Of a DNA stretch of 64,000 nt, positions 37,856 through 52,294 are shown piece after piece. The translations under genes were made by a program, and so were the position numbers. The stretch comes from the human T2T-CHM13v2.0 reference genome, Homo sapiens. How positions within the stretch are numbered: the stretch's first letter is position 1; every line of letters starts with the position of its first letter. Location of the stretch: assembly GCF_009914755.1 (NCBI RefSeq), contig NC_060926.1. The stretch is one strand, 5' to 3'. Under the pieces are notes generated by a model, which was given only the letters and a program-made list of their open reading frames with translations, was not told the DNA's origin and made no database searches.

Positions 37856-39654
37856 GGGCTCGATGATCTGCGATTCATCCTCATCTATCACCAGGACTGC
37901 CTTATTAAAGGAAAGAATAGATGCATATGGCATAGAACATGCTGAGCTTAATATATGCATATAGGGAACACAGATATGCACGATGCATATGGGCCATAGC
38001 ATCTGCAAATCTATTTTAATAAGCACTTTTATTAAGCTTAAAAACAGCCTTCTTATATATTTTTTTAGTTTGATGAACAAATTTTAAATTATTTCTTGAC
38101 TCAATGGAACATTTTTTAATTTGTACGTATTTTGAGGTCTTCTTTTCTTTCTCTCTCTTTTTTTTTTTCTACTTAATGGAGCCCTAATCCAATTTCCCTG
38201 GGCACCAGCCCTCTGTGTGCCGCCACCCACCGCCCCGCCCTTGGTAAAGCACATAGCTCAACCGGCAGCGTGAGAAAGAGTGATGGAGGGAGGGAAGGGC
38301 ACCGTTCATTTCAAGACTAAAAATATCTTCTCAAATTCTAGGATATTGGTTCACTCCTCCTTGAGACTATTAGAATGAGTTTCAAAAGTTCAGAGACTAT
38401 TTTGGTCGGAAGCCTGAAGTTCTTCGAAATAACAGCGAGCAGCTGCTCCTCTCCGCTCTTTCCAGCTATAAATACAGGGCACTCGGAGACATTTTTGAGT
38501 CAGCCACAGAGGGTGTGAGCACTTATTTTCTTTTAAATTTTTCTCCCATTGTGTCATATTTCTCTATAAAGCAGAGGTGGAAAATTAATAGGCCCAGTGG
38601 AAATCAAGTTTCTTTTTTTTTCCCTCCCCACGGGAGAAGGAGCCTTATCAGCCTTATTGTTCTGCTTTGGGGAGCTCTGATGTCCCACTGAAAGAGGAAG
38701 GTAAAACCTCTCTAAATCACCCTCTGTACTCAGGGGTTCCTCAAGGTTCCCAGGACATCAATATGATAGTGGGGAGAAGCCAGGGCTTTGGGGTCTCTGG
38801 TACCTGAAATCTTACCCTGTTTCCCATATCTATCAGCTGGGTAACTCAGAGGCAATCCTAGGTCTTGAAGATCCTTTCTTGGAGGCAATGAAGCTGAGGA
38901 CGCCACCTCCCAGGGCGGTGATGAGAACGAACGTGGCCACTTATGTGAGAGCATCTCCCGGGCCATGTGACACCTGGTAAGGGTGGAACTGAACACATAC
39001 TGTGTTCCTTACCCTTTTCTCCATGTATGTGAGAGGTAGTGGAATACACAGGCACGTCTTTGTATACATGTGGGTGCTGTGCCCATCAGGAATGCTGACT
39101 GCTCTCTGTTTAGACCTCTTATTATAGCAGGGGGGGCCATAGCTGGACAGAACAGATGCCCTCAGGGAGCCACAGGGCCTGTGAGCAGGTGGACACCATT
39201 CACAGGAAGCCCAGCTCTGCTGGCGCAGCGGGCCCAGCCCCCGCCGTGTGGCCTGTACCACATGTGCCTTTGTTCACACTTCAGAGTTGACTCTGGTTGA
39301 GCTAACCTGAGTGGCATGGCCTCTGTCCCACTGTAGAGCATCCTTCCTGGTCACCAGCAGTGGCTTGTGCCCAGAAAGACAAGGAAGCCTTCTCTGGAGC
39401 TGTTTTTAGGGAAGCCAGGCCTTCATGGGACTGGTGAAAGTCAGTTTATAAAGCTTCTCCTAGGGGCTGCTTCCAAGAGCCTCCAGGTTTCCTGCAAATC
39501 CTGCAAGGTGGAGCTACTTCCCTCCCAGGGCAGGGAGAGAGGGCCACCCTGTTCCTCCTTCAGCTCACTGCCAGCAAAGCCACCTGCCATCATGGTCACT
39601 GTCCTGGAAATGGCACAACTCCATTTTCTCTTGAAAGACAATATAGCAAAGCTG

Positions 39655-39880
39655 TTAGGAGCATGGACTCTGAGCCAGAACAACAGGTTGGAAGCATGAT
39701 TTTGCCATTTATTAGCTGTGTGACCTCAGGAAAGTAGCTTAACCTCTCTGTGCCTCTGTGTCCTCTGTAAATGGCACAATAAGAAGGTCTATCTCATAGG
39801 GTTGTTATGGAAATTAAGCAAATGAATGAATGTAAGGTACTTAGGAGAGCGAATAACATAAAGCAAATGTTGGCTATTAG
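39655..39880 (+). mobile_element. MIR SINE
   Basis: TAGCTGTGTGACCTCAGGAAAGTAGCTTAACCTCTCTGTGCCTC...TCATAGGGTTGTTATG. Confidence 0.85.
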
Positions 39881-42404
39881 TATGTTTATTTATTTAATTT
39901 CAGAGAAAACTGCAGGGACAAATAACCCTGGATTGAAGTTTTTCTTTCTTATCAAGTTGATGTGAGCGTATTTTATTAAGAAAAGCATTATGACAACAAG
40001 GGATAATGTAGTAAGGAGAAGGCAGCCCAGCCTCCTTCCTGTTGCCCATTGCCATGGAAATAGTGGACACCGAACTTATTATTCCAAATTACATTTTGCA
40101 GAAACAATTGTCTAGGTGGACCTTGGTCAAAGTCAGCTGTGCGGATTCACAAAGCAGGAGATGAGAGTCCTGAACTTTCCAACTCCGTGCACTGCGAAAT
40201 CACGACCTCGGCCCACACCTCCCACCCCTTCCCTGCTCCCCGCCAGATTTCAGCCCTGCACAGGCTTCTCAGAGGAGCCTCCACTGCTGTGGCTGAGAGC
40301 CCTGTGAGGCTCAGCCCTGGTGGGGTGAGGTAGCTAACAGTGACTGCATACTTCCTGGCCACGTTTCTAGGAACAAACAAAAAATGGGGGGAAAAAAAGA
40401 AAACAAGAAGGAAAAAATGATAACAAAATGTCAAGAATGCAGTTGTTCAAGGTCTTTGGGCTCTAACCCCAGCGAGAGCCTGGGATCCTCATTTCCTTGG
40501 CACCCCTCCTGATGAACCTCCACTGAAGTCAAGCCACTCACACAGCCCAGCGACCCCTCGCTGCCACAAATCCCTGGCTCACAACAGCGCTTTCATTTCT
40601 TCTTTTGTTTATTTATCCATCTCTTCCCAGGTCACCACTTCCCAGATGTGGCAATGCAGAGGCAACAAGCTAAGTTATCCATGCAGCCAATAGGGACGTT
40701 ACACAGACAACGCCACCACGGTGTGGGTGGGTGACCCCGGGGATGCACAGTCACTTAGCATTTACAAGATACTACAATAGCTAAAAACAGCCACTGAAAT
40801 CATGAGAAACAGCTGAATTTTGTTCATAGTCAATATTCAAAGTAAAAGTATGCATTCGAACTAAAAGAGGCTACAAACTCCTCATCTGGGAACTCCATAT
40901 TTTTCTGCTGCCCAGAAGGGTGAGCACTCATAAAGTAGGTTCTGGAAGTGACAGAAAAATAAAAAAACCACGTTCTATTTACACATGTGAGCTGAGGGTG
41001 TGTGGAATTGTCCATCTTGAAGCTGAAGCCATCTGAACAAGTTGAATTCTGTCTTGGCATCGCTGGGAAGCCATGGATGGGTGGCATTATCAGAAGTACA
41101 GGTTAGCAGAATCCTGTGGCTCTCATTATGTTATAAAATGTCATTAATGAGATACCAAGAAGGTGCATCCCATTATCAGTTTTGTATCTATATGAGTGAG
41201 GGCAAAAATTCCCTTTAAATTCTCTTTAATGCTGTCTCTTTAGACTTTAATGCTAGCCTCTCTCCTATCCATGCAGGAGCTATGAGCCAACAGCAGGGAG
41301 AGGGGGCTTTCAGCAGCTGCCAAACACGACATTTCTGGACAGGCCACCTCACCCTCGGCAGGGGACATCTGGAGAGCAGCCTTTTATCTGTCAGCCTCTG
41401 CACGTCTGGCTACCTGCAAGGGGCCTGGAGCCCAGGGTGTGTGTGTAGCTGAAGCCTGGCTCTTGTGCCCAGCTGGGCCCCAGCAGCGCTAGGCAGTGAG
41501 GGAAATTTCCTCGCTTCCAGCAGCAACATCTGTTCTGGGAAGCCTTTGTCCATTTCTCTCTGAGATGCACGTATGGCTCCAGCCAGCCTGGAGGAGTGGT
41601 CTAATCAATGACAATGCCTGAAATCTGACAGGTGCAGGTCCCCCAGTGGACCACCTCCTGTGGCTTGGGACCAGAGCATTCCAGGAGCAAAAAACTGCCT
41701 GTCATGAGCTTGCCACCTGGCTCGGGGGTGTGTGGCATCAAAAAGAAGCATTGCATTCATTATTCACCGATTCCACAAGAGCAGACACTTGCACAGGGGG
41801 CGTCCTTTGCTCCCAGGAGATGTGAGCTCAAGATGGATGAACCTGTCTCATGGGGCAACAATGTGGCCTCCCCTCACTCACAGCTCACCCTGGCCATGCC
41901 CTCAGGTTAGGATAGTCTCCTGCTGTTTTGATGGAGGAAGCTTTTGCCCTAGAAATATAGAAATAATTTTCGGCCATGTGGGAAAGTTAAGTTGGTTTAA
42001 AAAATGGAGAGAAACATTGCCTTGTCTGTCCATTTATAAGCCCCCAAAGGTCATTGTGTGATTAAAGAAGACATAGGTGAAGTGTGTATATATAAGTATA
42101 TTCATGTCTGTTTTGTAAGTGCACAAAAAAGACCTAAAAGAACACAGAATGCACTGCGAGCAGAAGTCAGTCCTGGGTAGAGAAGGGAATCAAGAGGGTT
42201 GCTGATGGTGGTCCTCTATGCTCTTCCCTACACAATCCGTATTCTTTGTTTCCAGTATAATATAATGTGCATATTGAAAATTGTTACTAGATGATGGCAT
42301 GGATGCTTGGCTCATTAAAGTGAGATTACGAAGCAAAAGGAATATGAGTCTCTGATTTGGGGAACTCTGTGTTGAATTTCTACCCCTCCCCATTCATCCA
42401 GAGT

Positions 42405-42610
42405 TACAGTGAGCTGGACTGTCCTTGGCTTGCAGCCAAGTCTAGGTTTGACCATAGCTCTACCACTAGTAGGTGGCATGTAGACTTTGAGCCTCACCTT
42501 CCTCCTCAGTAAAATTGAGATAAGAAAATGTACTTCACAGGTCTGTTACCATGAGTTAAATAACATAGCTCAATTTTCTGGTGCCAAAGAGTGTTTCCAC
42601 CAGTGTTGCC
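42405..42610 (+). mobile_element. MIR SINE
   Basis: CATAGCTCTACCACTAG...TTGAGCCTCACCTTCCTCCTCAGTAAAATTGAGATAA. Confidence 0.65.
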
Positions 42611-44016
42611 ATAAAACACTGCCACCGTCCCAACCCCACTGTTCAGGGAGGGCCACACACGCCTTCACATCAGCTCCTCACACAATGCACTGCAGCCCAC
42701 CTGGCTCATGCTGATTTTCTCAGCAGTCCCTGAGTGATGCGAAGGCAATGTCTCTTTCTTATCTCTGCTTCTGCAGAGCCTAATTCAGTGTGGGGAACGT
42801 ATTCATTGACGAATAAGGAATAAAGACTAAGTGACTATGTCAGTGGATGATTAAAAGAGTAGATAAAGAGACATACAAGTGAATCAATAAAACATTCAGG
42901 TCTACATGTTTAAAAGACTATTATCCTTTAAAAATATGTCTTTCATTTATGGAAGATGAAGATGCTGATGATGATGGTGGCTGGAAATGAGCTGGAATCT
43001 GGCCTGAATAAGGAAAGTGAATCTCTTTGCCTTGGCAAGCTCAAGTTGGAGTTGACCGTAGATACCTTTCAACCAGGGTTGTTTAGGATGACCCTCAGGA
43101 ATGATTGCTTGGGTCAATACTGGAGATGTGCAGCTTCATTCTAAAACGGGTCAGGAGATGGAAGGTTGCCCAGGCCCTGTCCCTCTAAGGTAGAGAGTAA
43201 ATGCTTGTCCTCGACCATCAGGCGCAGACAACACTATCTCTCCCTCACGTCGGATGCTTATGATTTCTTTGAGAACAGCAGAGAGTTCAGCCGCACAATG
43301 CAATTCTGTCATAAATCTTGGTAATTCAGATTGGGTAGGGCATTAGTCATTAAGCACTGGTAAATGACCAATTTTCTATCACAGCTGCTTGCAGCTATAT
43401 TTGAATGCAGAACAGGGGCTTTCAGGCCCACGTAGCAATGAAATTTGCAGTTTCTGGTGGTAATATTCGAGTGGCATCAGACCTCCTTAATGACCAATTT
43501 GGACAGAAATCTTGGCAACTTCTGGTTCTTCTCTGGACAACTAAGGAGAAGCAATTGCCATTTAATTTCAGGGATTGACTTTTTCAACTCTTGTAAACTT
43601 TCCTTCTTCTTCACACTAACTTGGAAGTAAGAGTCGGCATTTTCACACACTGCTGTCTTCCCCTAGTGCCAGGTAGGAAGTGATTGGGAAACACGGAGGC
43701 AGCTTGGGAAAGGAAAAGGGAGAAATCTGTTGCGTAGAGATGGGCACGCATACAATTATCTGATGATCAGAATGTTAATAAAAAGATTCTTATTTTGATG
43801 AGCATGTTACTTGATGGGAGAAAAAAAAAGTGCTTTCTCTGAAAAATGGAATGAAATTACCCACACTGAGAAGAAAAACTGCCTTCCCTGCTGTGGGTAA
43901 GGTAGGCCAGTAAACATGTTTCCACCTTCTGCCACTCCTCCTCCCAGGAAGACAACAAGAAACTATTTTCTACCAAACTGCATGTATTAGATAAAATTTG
44001 TTTGCCCATGAGATGA

Positions 44017-44572
44017 AACACTGCATGGTGGTTAAAGCAGGGATAAAGAGTTGGACCAGTGGTTCTCAACTGGGGTGGTTCAGCCCCCAGGGATGTTTTT
44101 GGTTGTCACAACCGGGGACGGGGACAAGCTCCTGCAGATATCCAGTGAGTAGAGGCCAAGAAGACTGTTACATACCCTACAAGGCACAGAGCAGCTCCCT
44201 CTCTCTCTTTTTATCTCTCTCTCTCTCTCTCACGCATACACACACACACACACACACACACATGCACACACCCCCCAAAGAATCATCCAGCCCAAAATGA
44301 ACAGTGCTAACTTGAGAAGCCTCTAGGAAGATAAGCCTGGTTCATATCCCAGCTTTACTCCTTATGAGCTGTGTCATCAGGGGAGCACATTCCTTGACAT
44401 TGCTAAGCCTCTGTTTTCTTACCCTGAAAACACTGAGTGTTAGAGAACTTCTCTGTCAGAATTGCTGTGAATGATAGAGGACATAACGAAAGTCAGGGAG
44501 GGCTTAGTACAATATCAGGCAACCAGCAGGATGCCTCGCAGAGGCAGGTACTTAGAAATATTTGTTGAATGA
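44017..44572 (+). mobile_element. MIR interrupted by MER20
   Basis: MIR 5' part (GCATGGTGGTTAAAGCA) at 44017-44056 resumes at ~44325 (CCTGGTTCATATCCCAGCTTTACT...AAGCCTCTGTTTTCT). Confidence 0.7.
44057..44323. mobile_element. MER20 (hAT-Charlie) containing (TC)n(CA)n at 44197-44270
   Basis: CAGTGGTTCTCAAC...TTTTTGGTTGTCACAAC...GTAGAGGCCA...CCAGCCCAAAATG...TTGAGAAGCC. Confidence 0.88.
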
Positions 44573-45041
44573 GGAAACAAGACTTATCACACTAGGCTAA
44601 GCACACAATAAATAAACTTGAAGTATCAGTTATATTGCCTTCCCAAGGGTGAATCGATACTGTCCAAAAGGCTCTGGATTCTGGTCTCCAGCTTTCAGCT
44701 TCTGACGCTTATGCCCCCGGGGGAATCAGGACCTGCCCTTTTATCTAACTGGAGTCAAAAGCAGAGGAACTCATTCCCTAACACCAAGTCCTTGCCCATT
44801 TGGTATTCTAACAGGGACTTTGGTAACTGCTTTTAGGAAGTTGATGGGGCAAGAGCTCATCAAAACCAGCAAAGCTGTGGGCCGCAGAGCATCCAATGGT
44901 CTCTCTGCCGCCAACGCTGCCCTTGAAGCCCTCACCGAGGCCCCAGCACCACACATACTTCCCCTGTGTTAGAAAGAAAAGCTAACTCATAAGCCACCTG
45001 AGAAGATACCTGAGTCTTGAGGGAGTAGAAAGGGCATCTTG

Positions 45042-45475
45042 TAAGGTTGTTCATTGCAATGTTATTTATCACAGAAGGAAAAAAAATGGACACAACAGAC
45101 ACAGCCAACAAAAGAATTGATTGAGTAAATCATATCAGTAGCTATTCTGAAAACTATTTTTTACACAGGCCACTATTCGTTACACATTTATGAATAAAAC
45201 ACATATTTATTATGATCTGAGATTTGTAAAAACAATTATGGAGATGTAGAAACATGAATAAAAGATACGTAAATAGAGGATAGGATGGCTAGATAGATAG
45301 AAACAGATGACAAGAGACACGGACATATATAAATAAGCGAATGTATAGAGATTACTAGTGGTTATTTGGGGATGATGAGATAATGGGATTTGTATTTTCT
45401 TCTTTAGACTTTTTGGTATTTTCTAAATTTCCTACAAAATGAGCACATATTACTTTTACAATTGGGGAAGAAAGA
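45042..45475 (+). mobile_element. L1ME-type 3' end
   Basis: GTTCATTGCAATGTTATTTAT...GTGGTTATTTGGGG...TATTTTCTAAATTTCCTACAAAATGAGCACATATTACTTTTACAAT. Confidence 0.75.
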
Positions 45476-45894
45476 ATTAAGTCATAATTATTATGCTATT
45501 GGAAAAAGATCCTCCTGTGGACATGGAGTTGGAAAACGTGTATCTCCTCCTCATTTTCTGGAGGATACTGGGATGAGGTAAACAAGTGACCTCCGAGAGA
45601 GGAAGGGCATGAGGAGGGAAGAGAGAGACAGTGAGGAAAATAACAAAGAAAAAAGCAATAAACAAACATCAAACCAAACCAAAGTGCATGTGGTCAAAAT
45701 AAATGGACGCTAGTCTTGGCTGTCCTGGTTCCTGGCTGTGTGGCCCTCAGCAAAAAGTTCCTCCTTGTCGGGATTAAGAACAGCACTGTTCACTTTGTTG
45801 TTAAGCTTAAAGGAGGATTTCAGGAACGCCAAGTAAACTGGGAAGTGCTGCCTACCACCTAAATGTTCACTTATTAGGTTAGAAGTGTTATTTC

Positions 45895-46030
45895 TTGGAA
45901 AGAGTCTAATGAAGAAATCTGAGAGCTGGATTCAAATTCGGGCTCTGTACTGCTTTAGGGATATGACGTTGACCCAGTCCCTTCATTGCTTTAGGCCTCA
46001 GTTTCCCTATTTTAAAAATTTGATCATTAT
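45895..46030 (+). mobile_element. MIR fragment
   Basis: CTGGATTCAAATTCGGGCTCTG...GGCCTCAGTTTCCCTATTTTAAAAAT. Confidence 0.7.
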
Positions 46031-48528
46031 CACCCAATCCACTAAATATGATATATTCAAAGCCACTACATATAAAAAGAACTATGTTCTTTAAATCAGT
46101 ATACCTTAAATTTTTACTTTTAGGCCAAAGATGATATTTCTGAAATGAAGATCTATGGTGTCTATGTTTAATAGGCATGTTCGAAATCTTTACAATAAAA
46201 AACACAAATATCATATATATGTGAACATATACAGTAAAATATATCATGTAAATGTATATAACCTCTTGGTCGAATAACACCTGCAAATGTACTTTAGCAC
46301 AAAGGTCTCAGAGAGGTACCACATTGATTACAGATTGCACACAGAAAGTTGTGGGATGTTAAAATTAAAATTAAGGCAGATTATCTGAGATGTACACTGA
46401 TAATCATGTGAATAGAACATGATATACAGAAAATCCAGGTGGTCTCTGAAAGCCTGGGACATCAAGGGGCAAAGTGTAGATGATCTCAGATGAGCTTTTT
46501 CCAAAGATGCCAGAAGGAAAAATTTAACAGGCAGGTGTTTATGGAGCAAGCAGAATGAAATTTGTGTTTCTGATCATCAGATATGTTCTAGAATGCAGAG
46601 GTGGGAAAATGATAATGGCTTAGTCCCCGTGTTTGCAGGCCTCCTCTGCACGGGAGAGCAATGAGGCTGTCCCTGAAGATACTTCAGAAGCTCAAGAACA
46701 ACGTGCGTGTAAACAATGTGTCCTGCTGGCTCCAAACCAGCATGGAAATAAATCACAGCCACTTTGAACATTGTTATCAAATACCGTGAGACTCTAGGAC
46801 GCAGCGCCGCTTCTGCAGGGCCACCTTTCCTAGCAAAATCTCCAGAAGCTCGTGGGTGATTTTTAGTGTTCAAAGTTCGCTCTGGAAGCTCCCATCTCAT
46901 TGTTGGGGCTGGAAACCAGAAACACCCCGTGCAGTAGAGGAATCGTCCTGACCTCCAAAGCCAGTTCCTTCCAAGGCATCAGGGGGTGGATGCATCTGAA
47001 CCCCAAACTCCTGCTCTAAGCCATACTTTATGGGACCAGACACTGTGGTTCTCTTCAAGTAGAGACAGAGAACAATCTTGCCCACAGAAGCTACCTCCAC
47101 ATGCATACCACACCAACACCAGCCTGGGCTCCCAGGAGAGCTGCTTCTGAGAAGGTTTGGGCACTTACCTCCTCCTAGATGGCAATCTACATTGTCCTTG
47201 TAATGGCAGATTCTCCGTGGGATTGGCCCACTGGTTGTCTCTCTATATCCCATGATGCTTTTATTTCGGGAGGCTCATCAGACTCTTCTTCCAGGAAGCC
47301 TTGGTCAGAGCCACTCTGGGCTGACTTTCACTGTACCAAGCACCATGCTAAGACAGTCAGTTAAGTTTTAATAACTGAGCCTTGGGAGTAAGGTTGGGCT
47401 TTCGATTCCTGCTTTCTCAAAGGATCCTGGAGCTCTGCTGTGCACGTTTGCTCACATGCCCTCCTTCTCCCCCCACCCATCGCAGGTCAGTGCTGTCTCG
47501 CACAGGAGAAGGTGCTGGCTTCCCCTGACGTCCTCTGTGGGTAGACTCACAGGAGCTCTGCATTCAGTGATCATGTGATGAGGATCAGGAATTTCAAAGA
47601 GGAATTTCAGCACTGCCTGCACTGAAATAATCACGTTTGACCTCACAAGGAACAGCAGGTTGGGCAGAACGTTAAGTGTCAGGCAGCATGAGAGCCCACA
47701 CGCAGGGCACGCAGCCTGGGACTGAACCAGAAGAAGGTCTGCCATTGAGGATTTAGCAAGGGGAGTAGCTCATGATGAGGCGAGAAACAACTGTTTCCAG
47801 TCAGGTCCAACAACCTCCCTGAGCTAATCACAAAGTCATTCTAATATCTGGACTATAGAAATCCAAATTTCGTCTCCATCCTTTGGAGCTAAATTTCTGA
47901 CGCTCCTTTCAACAAGATGAGAACCTGCCACTTTGGTTGGAACCAGGCCCTGGGCCTCACTGTGAAGGCTGAACGAGGATGACCAGAGCCGGGACCTTGG
48001 ACACACTGGGAAGTGACCATCCAGCAATGTGTCAGGCCTGGGGGAAGGAGGAAAGAAAGCAGCCGGGGGAGGCCTTGGGGCAGAAAAGAGATGGACATGG
48101 AGGCCATTCAAAGCAGGGGAGGGACTCAAGGCGTGAGAAGACAGGCCTGGGGCTCAAGGTGGATCTGTTAAGGTCCGTGGTTACAGCCCGCTGCCCCAGG
48201 TGAGGGAGGATGCTACTGAAGGATGCGGAGTTTTTTAGGGAACTACCATGCAGGTTTTCCCTCGACCATCCCCATCCCTTGATTGACCTTACCATTCTCC
48301 CTTCAGGTAAACTGAAAAACAGAACCATAACAGAGGGATACTCACTCTCCACTCTGGTACATATTCATATTTCTTTTAGACCCTTCTCACAGGATCCTAG
48401 ATAGGGAAATAACTTCAGACAAAACTTGGAACAAGACTCCTATCTTCACGTAGCTGCCCAGTAGCACATGGGTAAGTCACCTGAGACCCAGAGAAGTCAA
48501 GATTGTTTGTCTAAGAAATCTAATAACT

Positions 48529-48859
<331 letters not shown>

Positions 48860-51600
48860 CTAAGAAATCTAATAACCCAGGTGGGCTAGGACAATTTTAT
48901 TTACACCACATGCAAATGTTTCTTCCTCCCAGAAAATGTACCTGACCAACAATTAGACTTTGTGAAGAGCTACCTGAAACCCCCAGCCCTATTCTCTTAT
49001 TTCTCATTGTATCCATTTAGAGGTTTCTGTGAAATCAAAATATTTCTCCTAGCATTAAGAGAAAGGGAAGGCAGATGTTAATCTCAACAAGATTTCAAGT
49101 AGTCCCTAATAATCTCTAGGCTAGGTGCTTAAAAAAGCCAGCATAAGTTCTCTGGCTTTTGGACTTCTTCACATTAAGGAAGTTTCTATCCCTAACTTCT
49201 CCAACTTCTCCCTTTCTAGGAAGAGTTGGAAGTTAGCATTGGGATCAGGAAACCCACACCCACATCTAACACTTGCTTCTCTCCAACTCTTTGGAACAAA
49301 TCTTACATGTACAACTAATCCATGAAGACTTTTGATTTCCCTTCCCTGGGATAGAATTGGTATATAGAAGACAAAGGGGACCAGTTCGGCTCACGGTCTA
49401 TGAAATCCTGTAATTTGGAGATAAACTGGATGCTAATTTCTCCAAATTTTGGCTCCTGATAATCACAGCTAAATTTTGAAATGCAAAACTAAGCTATGAC
49501 TAATGCTTTTCTCTCTGACTTTCTCTAATAAGAACACTGCTAGTAGGAGCAGGGGAGAAACATGGAAAGAAGGAATTTTAAAATCGCAGAACTTTATTTC
49601 AAATACTACCCTCAATGCTCTTGTGTAGACTGCACTGTCATGAATTTTATATTTTTGCGTGTCCTAATGATCTCCATAAACAGAAGTTGAGGAACATTCT
49701 AATCTCCTTGAAATAAGGGGTTCCAGTGGAGAGATTTTTAAGAGTCAGTCTGACCAAAAGTCAAGCTTCAGTTTCAACATTTGTGAGTCCTGTGGCCTTT
49801 GACTAATTGTTTACTCTAAACTACAATTTCCACAACTGTAGAATGAGTCATAATTGATTTTGCATTTTTATGAAGATTAGAGATAATATATTCAATGCAC
49901 TGATGTGTAGGTAGATTGATAATCACTAGTCTCCTTCTTTCTGTTTTCTGAATTTCCTGAAGACTCAAACCTAGTCTCATCATTCACCTCCTGAGACCTT
50001 AAAGAAGCATTCTTATTGGATTTGTTGATCCTGCTTTTATTCTTAGATTGTATTGCACCTGAAAAACTCCAGACTTGACAAATGCATCTAAACCTGCTGA
50101 GTGCATTTTTTACCGAATATCTTTTTGATGACGCTGTTACAGAAAGCATGGCCTGTTCAGTTTCAGGGGGTAAAATGTGTCCCTTTCAATGTGGAGAACT
50201 ATCTGAGGCCCTTTCTAGGACTGGCTCTGCATGTGCTGAATGATCCATACCAATAACAGGATCTGGTTCTAGCAGGTCTAAGAAGCCTACCCACTACCCT
50301 TGTTATTCAGCATCTGTTGTCTGAGTCAGGGTAGAGAGCTGTTACTCCATGGGGACAGTCACAATACTTCTCCCAGCCTCCCTGCTGCAGGACGTTCCAT
50401 TGTGCCCCACTAAATGCTAACAGACTCAGATTTCTGTCAACACCGTCCTTACCCTCCTGTACTTCACCTGCTCCCCAGGACCCAGGAAGTAACGGCCTAG
50501 CTCTCCAGCTAGGCATTGAAAGCCAACACCTGTTCACAACTCATCCTAACTCAAGTTCCTACTGTTTCCCCTTCTGGCAGCTTACACTCTTGCCCCAATC
50601 CTTAGCTCAGGCTAAACATTTCCTTTCTTTTCATTCTGGATTCGAATCCTAATAAAAGATGAAGATACAGTTCAAATGCCTCTTCTCCTTGAACCTTGGC
50701 TTTCCTCTGTAGTTCTAAATGAGCCGTTCTCCTCTTCCCTTCCACAGAAATGGGCTCAACCGGTCTGCGGCCCTGGTCACTGTGTGTCTAACATCACAGT
50801 GGACTCACACTCCCATCGTCTAACCTCGATGGTCTGGAAGGAGCTGAGGGTAGATTTCATGTGTGAATCATCTCTGTGGCCCTGCTGGGATCACATGGCA
50901 TCCTGAAAGACTGTTGGATGTTTAACACAGTGGGCATTGGGACAAGTTTATCTATTTTAAATCCAAAAACAAACCATTCTGATTTATTTTTAAATTAATT
51001 TTCCAGTGTATATATACCATGAGTATAGTAACAGATGTTCCTTGGATATTCTAAAATGTATACTCATTAACTATATGTAAATTCAATTGTTTTTAAATTG
51101 TTTCCTGCCCCAGTCTCTCATTATCATGTCATTCTTGGCCATTCCTAAAGGCCCACCCTCACCCCATTAACCAGAGGTTAAAGGTCAAGGATGAGGTGAG
51201 AATTTCTGCTGCATACATTACTTCATAATTTATTTTTCTTGGTAATAATTTAGAGGGATTTTTATCTTACATAATGAAATGGATGTAAATATTAAAACTC
51301 CCACAGAATCAAAGCAGCCTTGTCTTCACAAACACATCCACCAAGAACCCTTTAATTCAGAACTTACGTTACATAGTAAGTGATTAAATGATAATAACTA
51401 ATATTTCTTATTCTTCATCTTAACTATTTTCACTGAGGCTTAATTTGATGGCACCTTGGGGTGCCTTGTTGGTATCTTAAGCTATTTCTCCAGCTACTAT
51501 AGAATGAGCATTAATCATGGAATCAAAACTTGTGGTAAGCTTTATAATTCATCAGTGGTGTTTTCCCTAGGAATTCAGCTAAGAAAGGACATATAGTGAA

Positions 51601-51985
51601 TGTATTAACCTGTTCTCACACTGCTATAAAGACATACCTGAGAGTGGGTACTTTATAAAGAAGTTTAATTGGCTCATCGTTCTGCAGGCTGTACAGGAAG
51701 CATAGAGGCTTCTCTTTCTGGGGTGGCCTCAGGGAACTTCCAATCGTGGTGGAAGGCAAAGCAGGAGCAGGTGTCTTACATGGAGGAGCAGGAACAAGAG
51801 ACAGCAGGGAGGGGCCACACACTTTTAAACAACCAGATCTCATGAGAACTCAGTACCACCAGAACGGCACCAAGAGGAAAATCCACCCCCATGATCCACT
51901 TGCCTCTCACCAGGCCCCAACTTTAACACTGGGGATTACAATTCCACTTGAGATTTGGGCAAGGACACAGATCCAAACCATGTCA
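51601..51985 (-). mobile_element. MSTA-like solo LTR
   Basis: TGTATTA...GCTATAAAGACATACCTGAG...ATCCAAACCATGTCA; TSD GTGAA / GTGAG. Confidence 0.92.
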
Positions 51986-52294
51986 GTGAGGAATAATGAC
52001 TCATTTGTAGAGAGTAAACAGGCTTTGTTACAAGTTCTGCGACACTGAACTCCAACTGGTTTTGATGGTATGACTGTTCCCACTGGACGAAGTCTGTTCG
52101 AGGTTCTTGCCCCAAATATCACAATTAACAAGTTGTAGAAATGAGATTTGAACCCAGGTCTGTCATTCCTCTGCTTTTCCTATGACCCTGGTTGGCCTTC
52201 CTAATTAAAGCCATAAATCTGAGTCGGTCAGGGAAGTTGCTTTACTTCTTAAGTCTAATCTGTTTCTTGCACTGTTCCTGCATTCTTCACTCAC

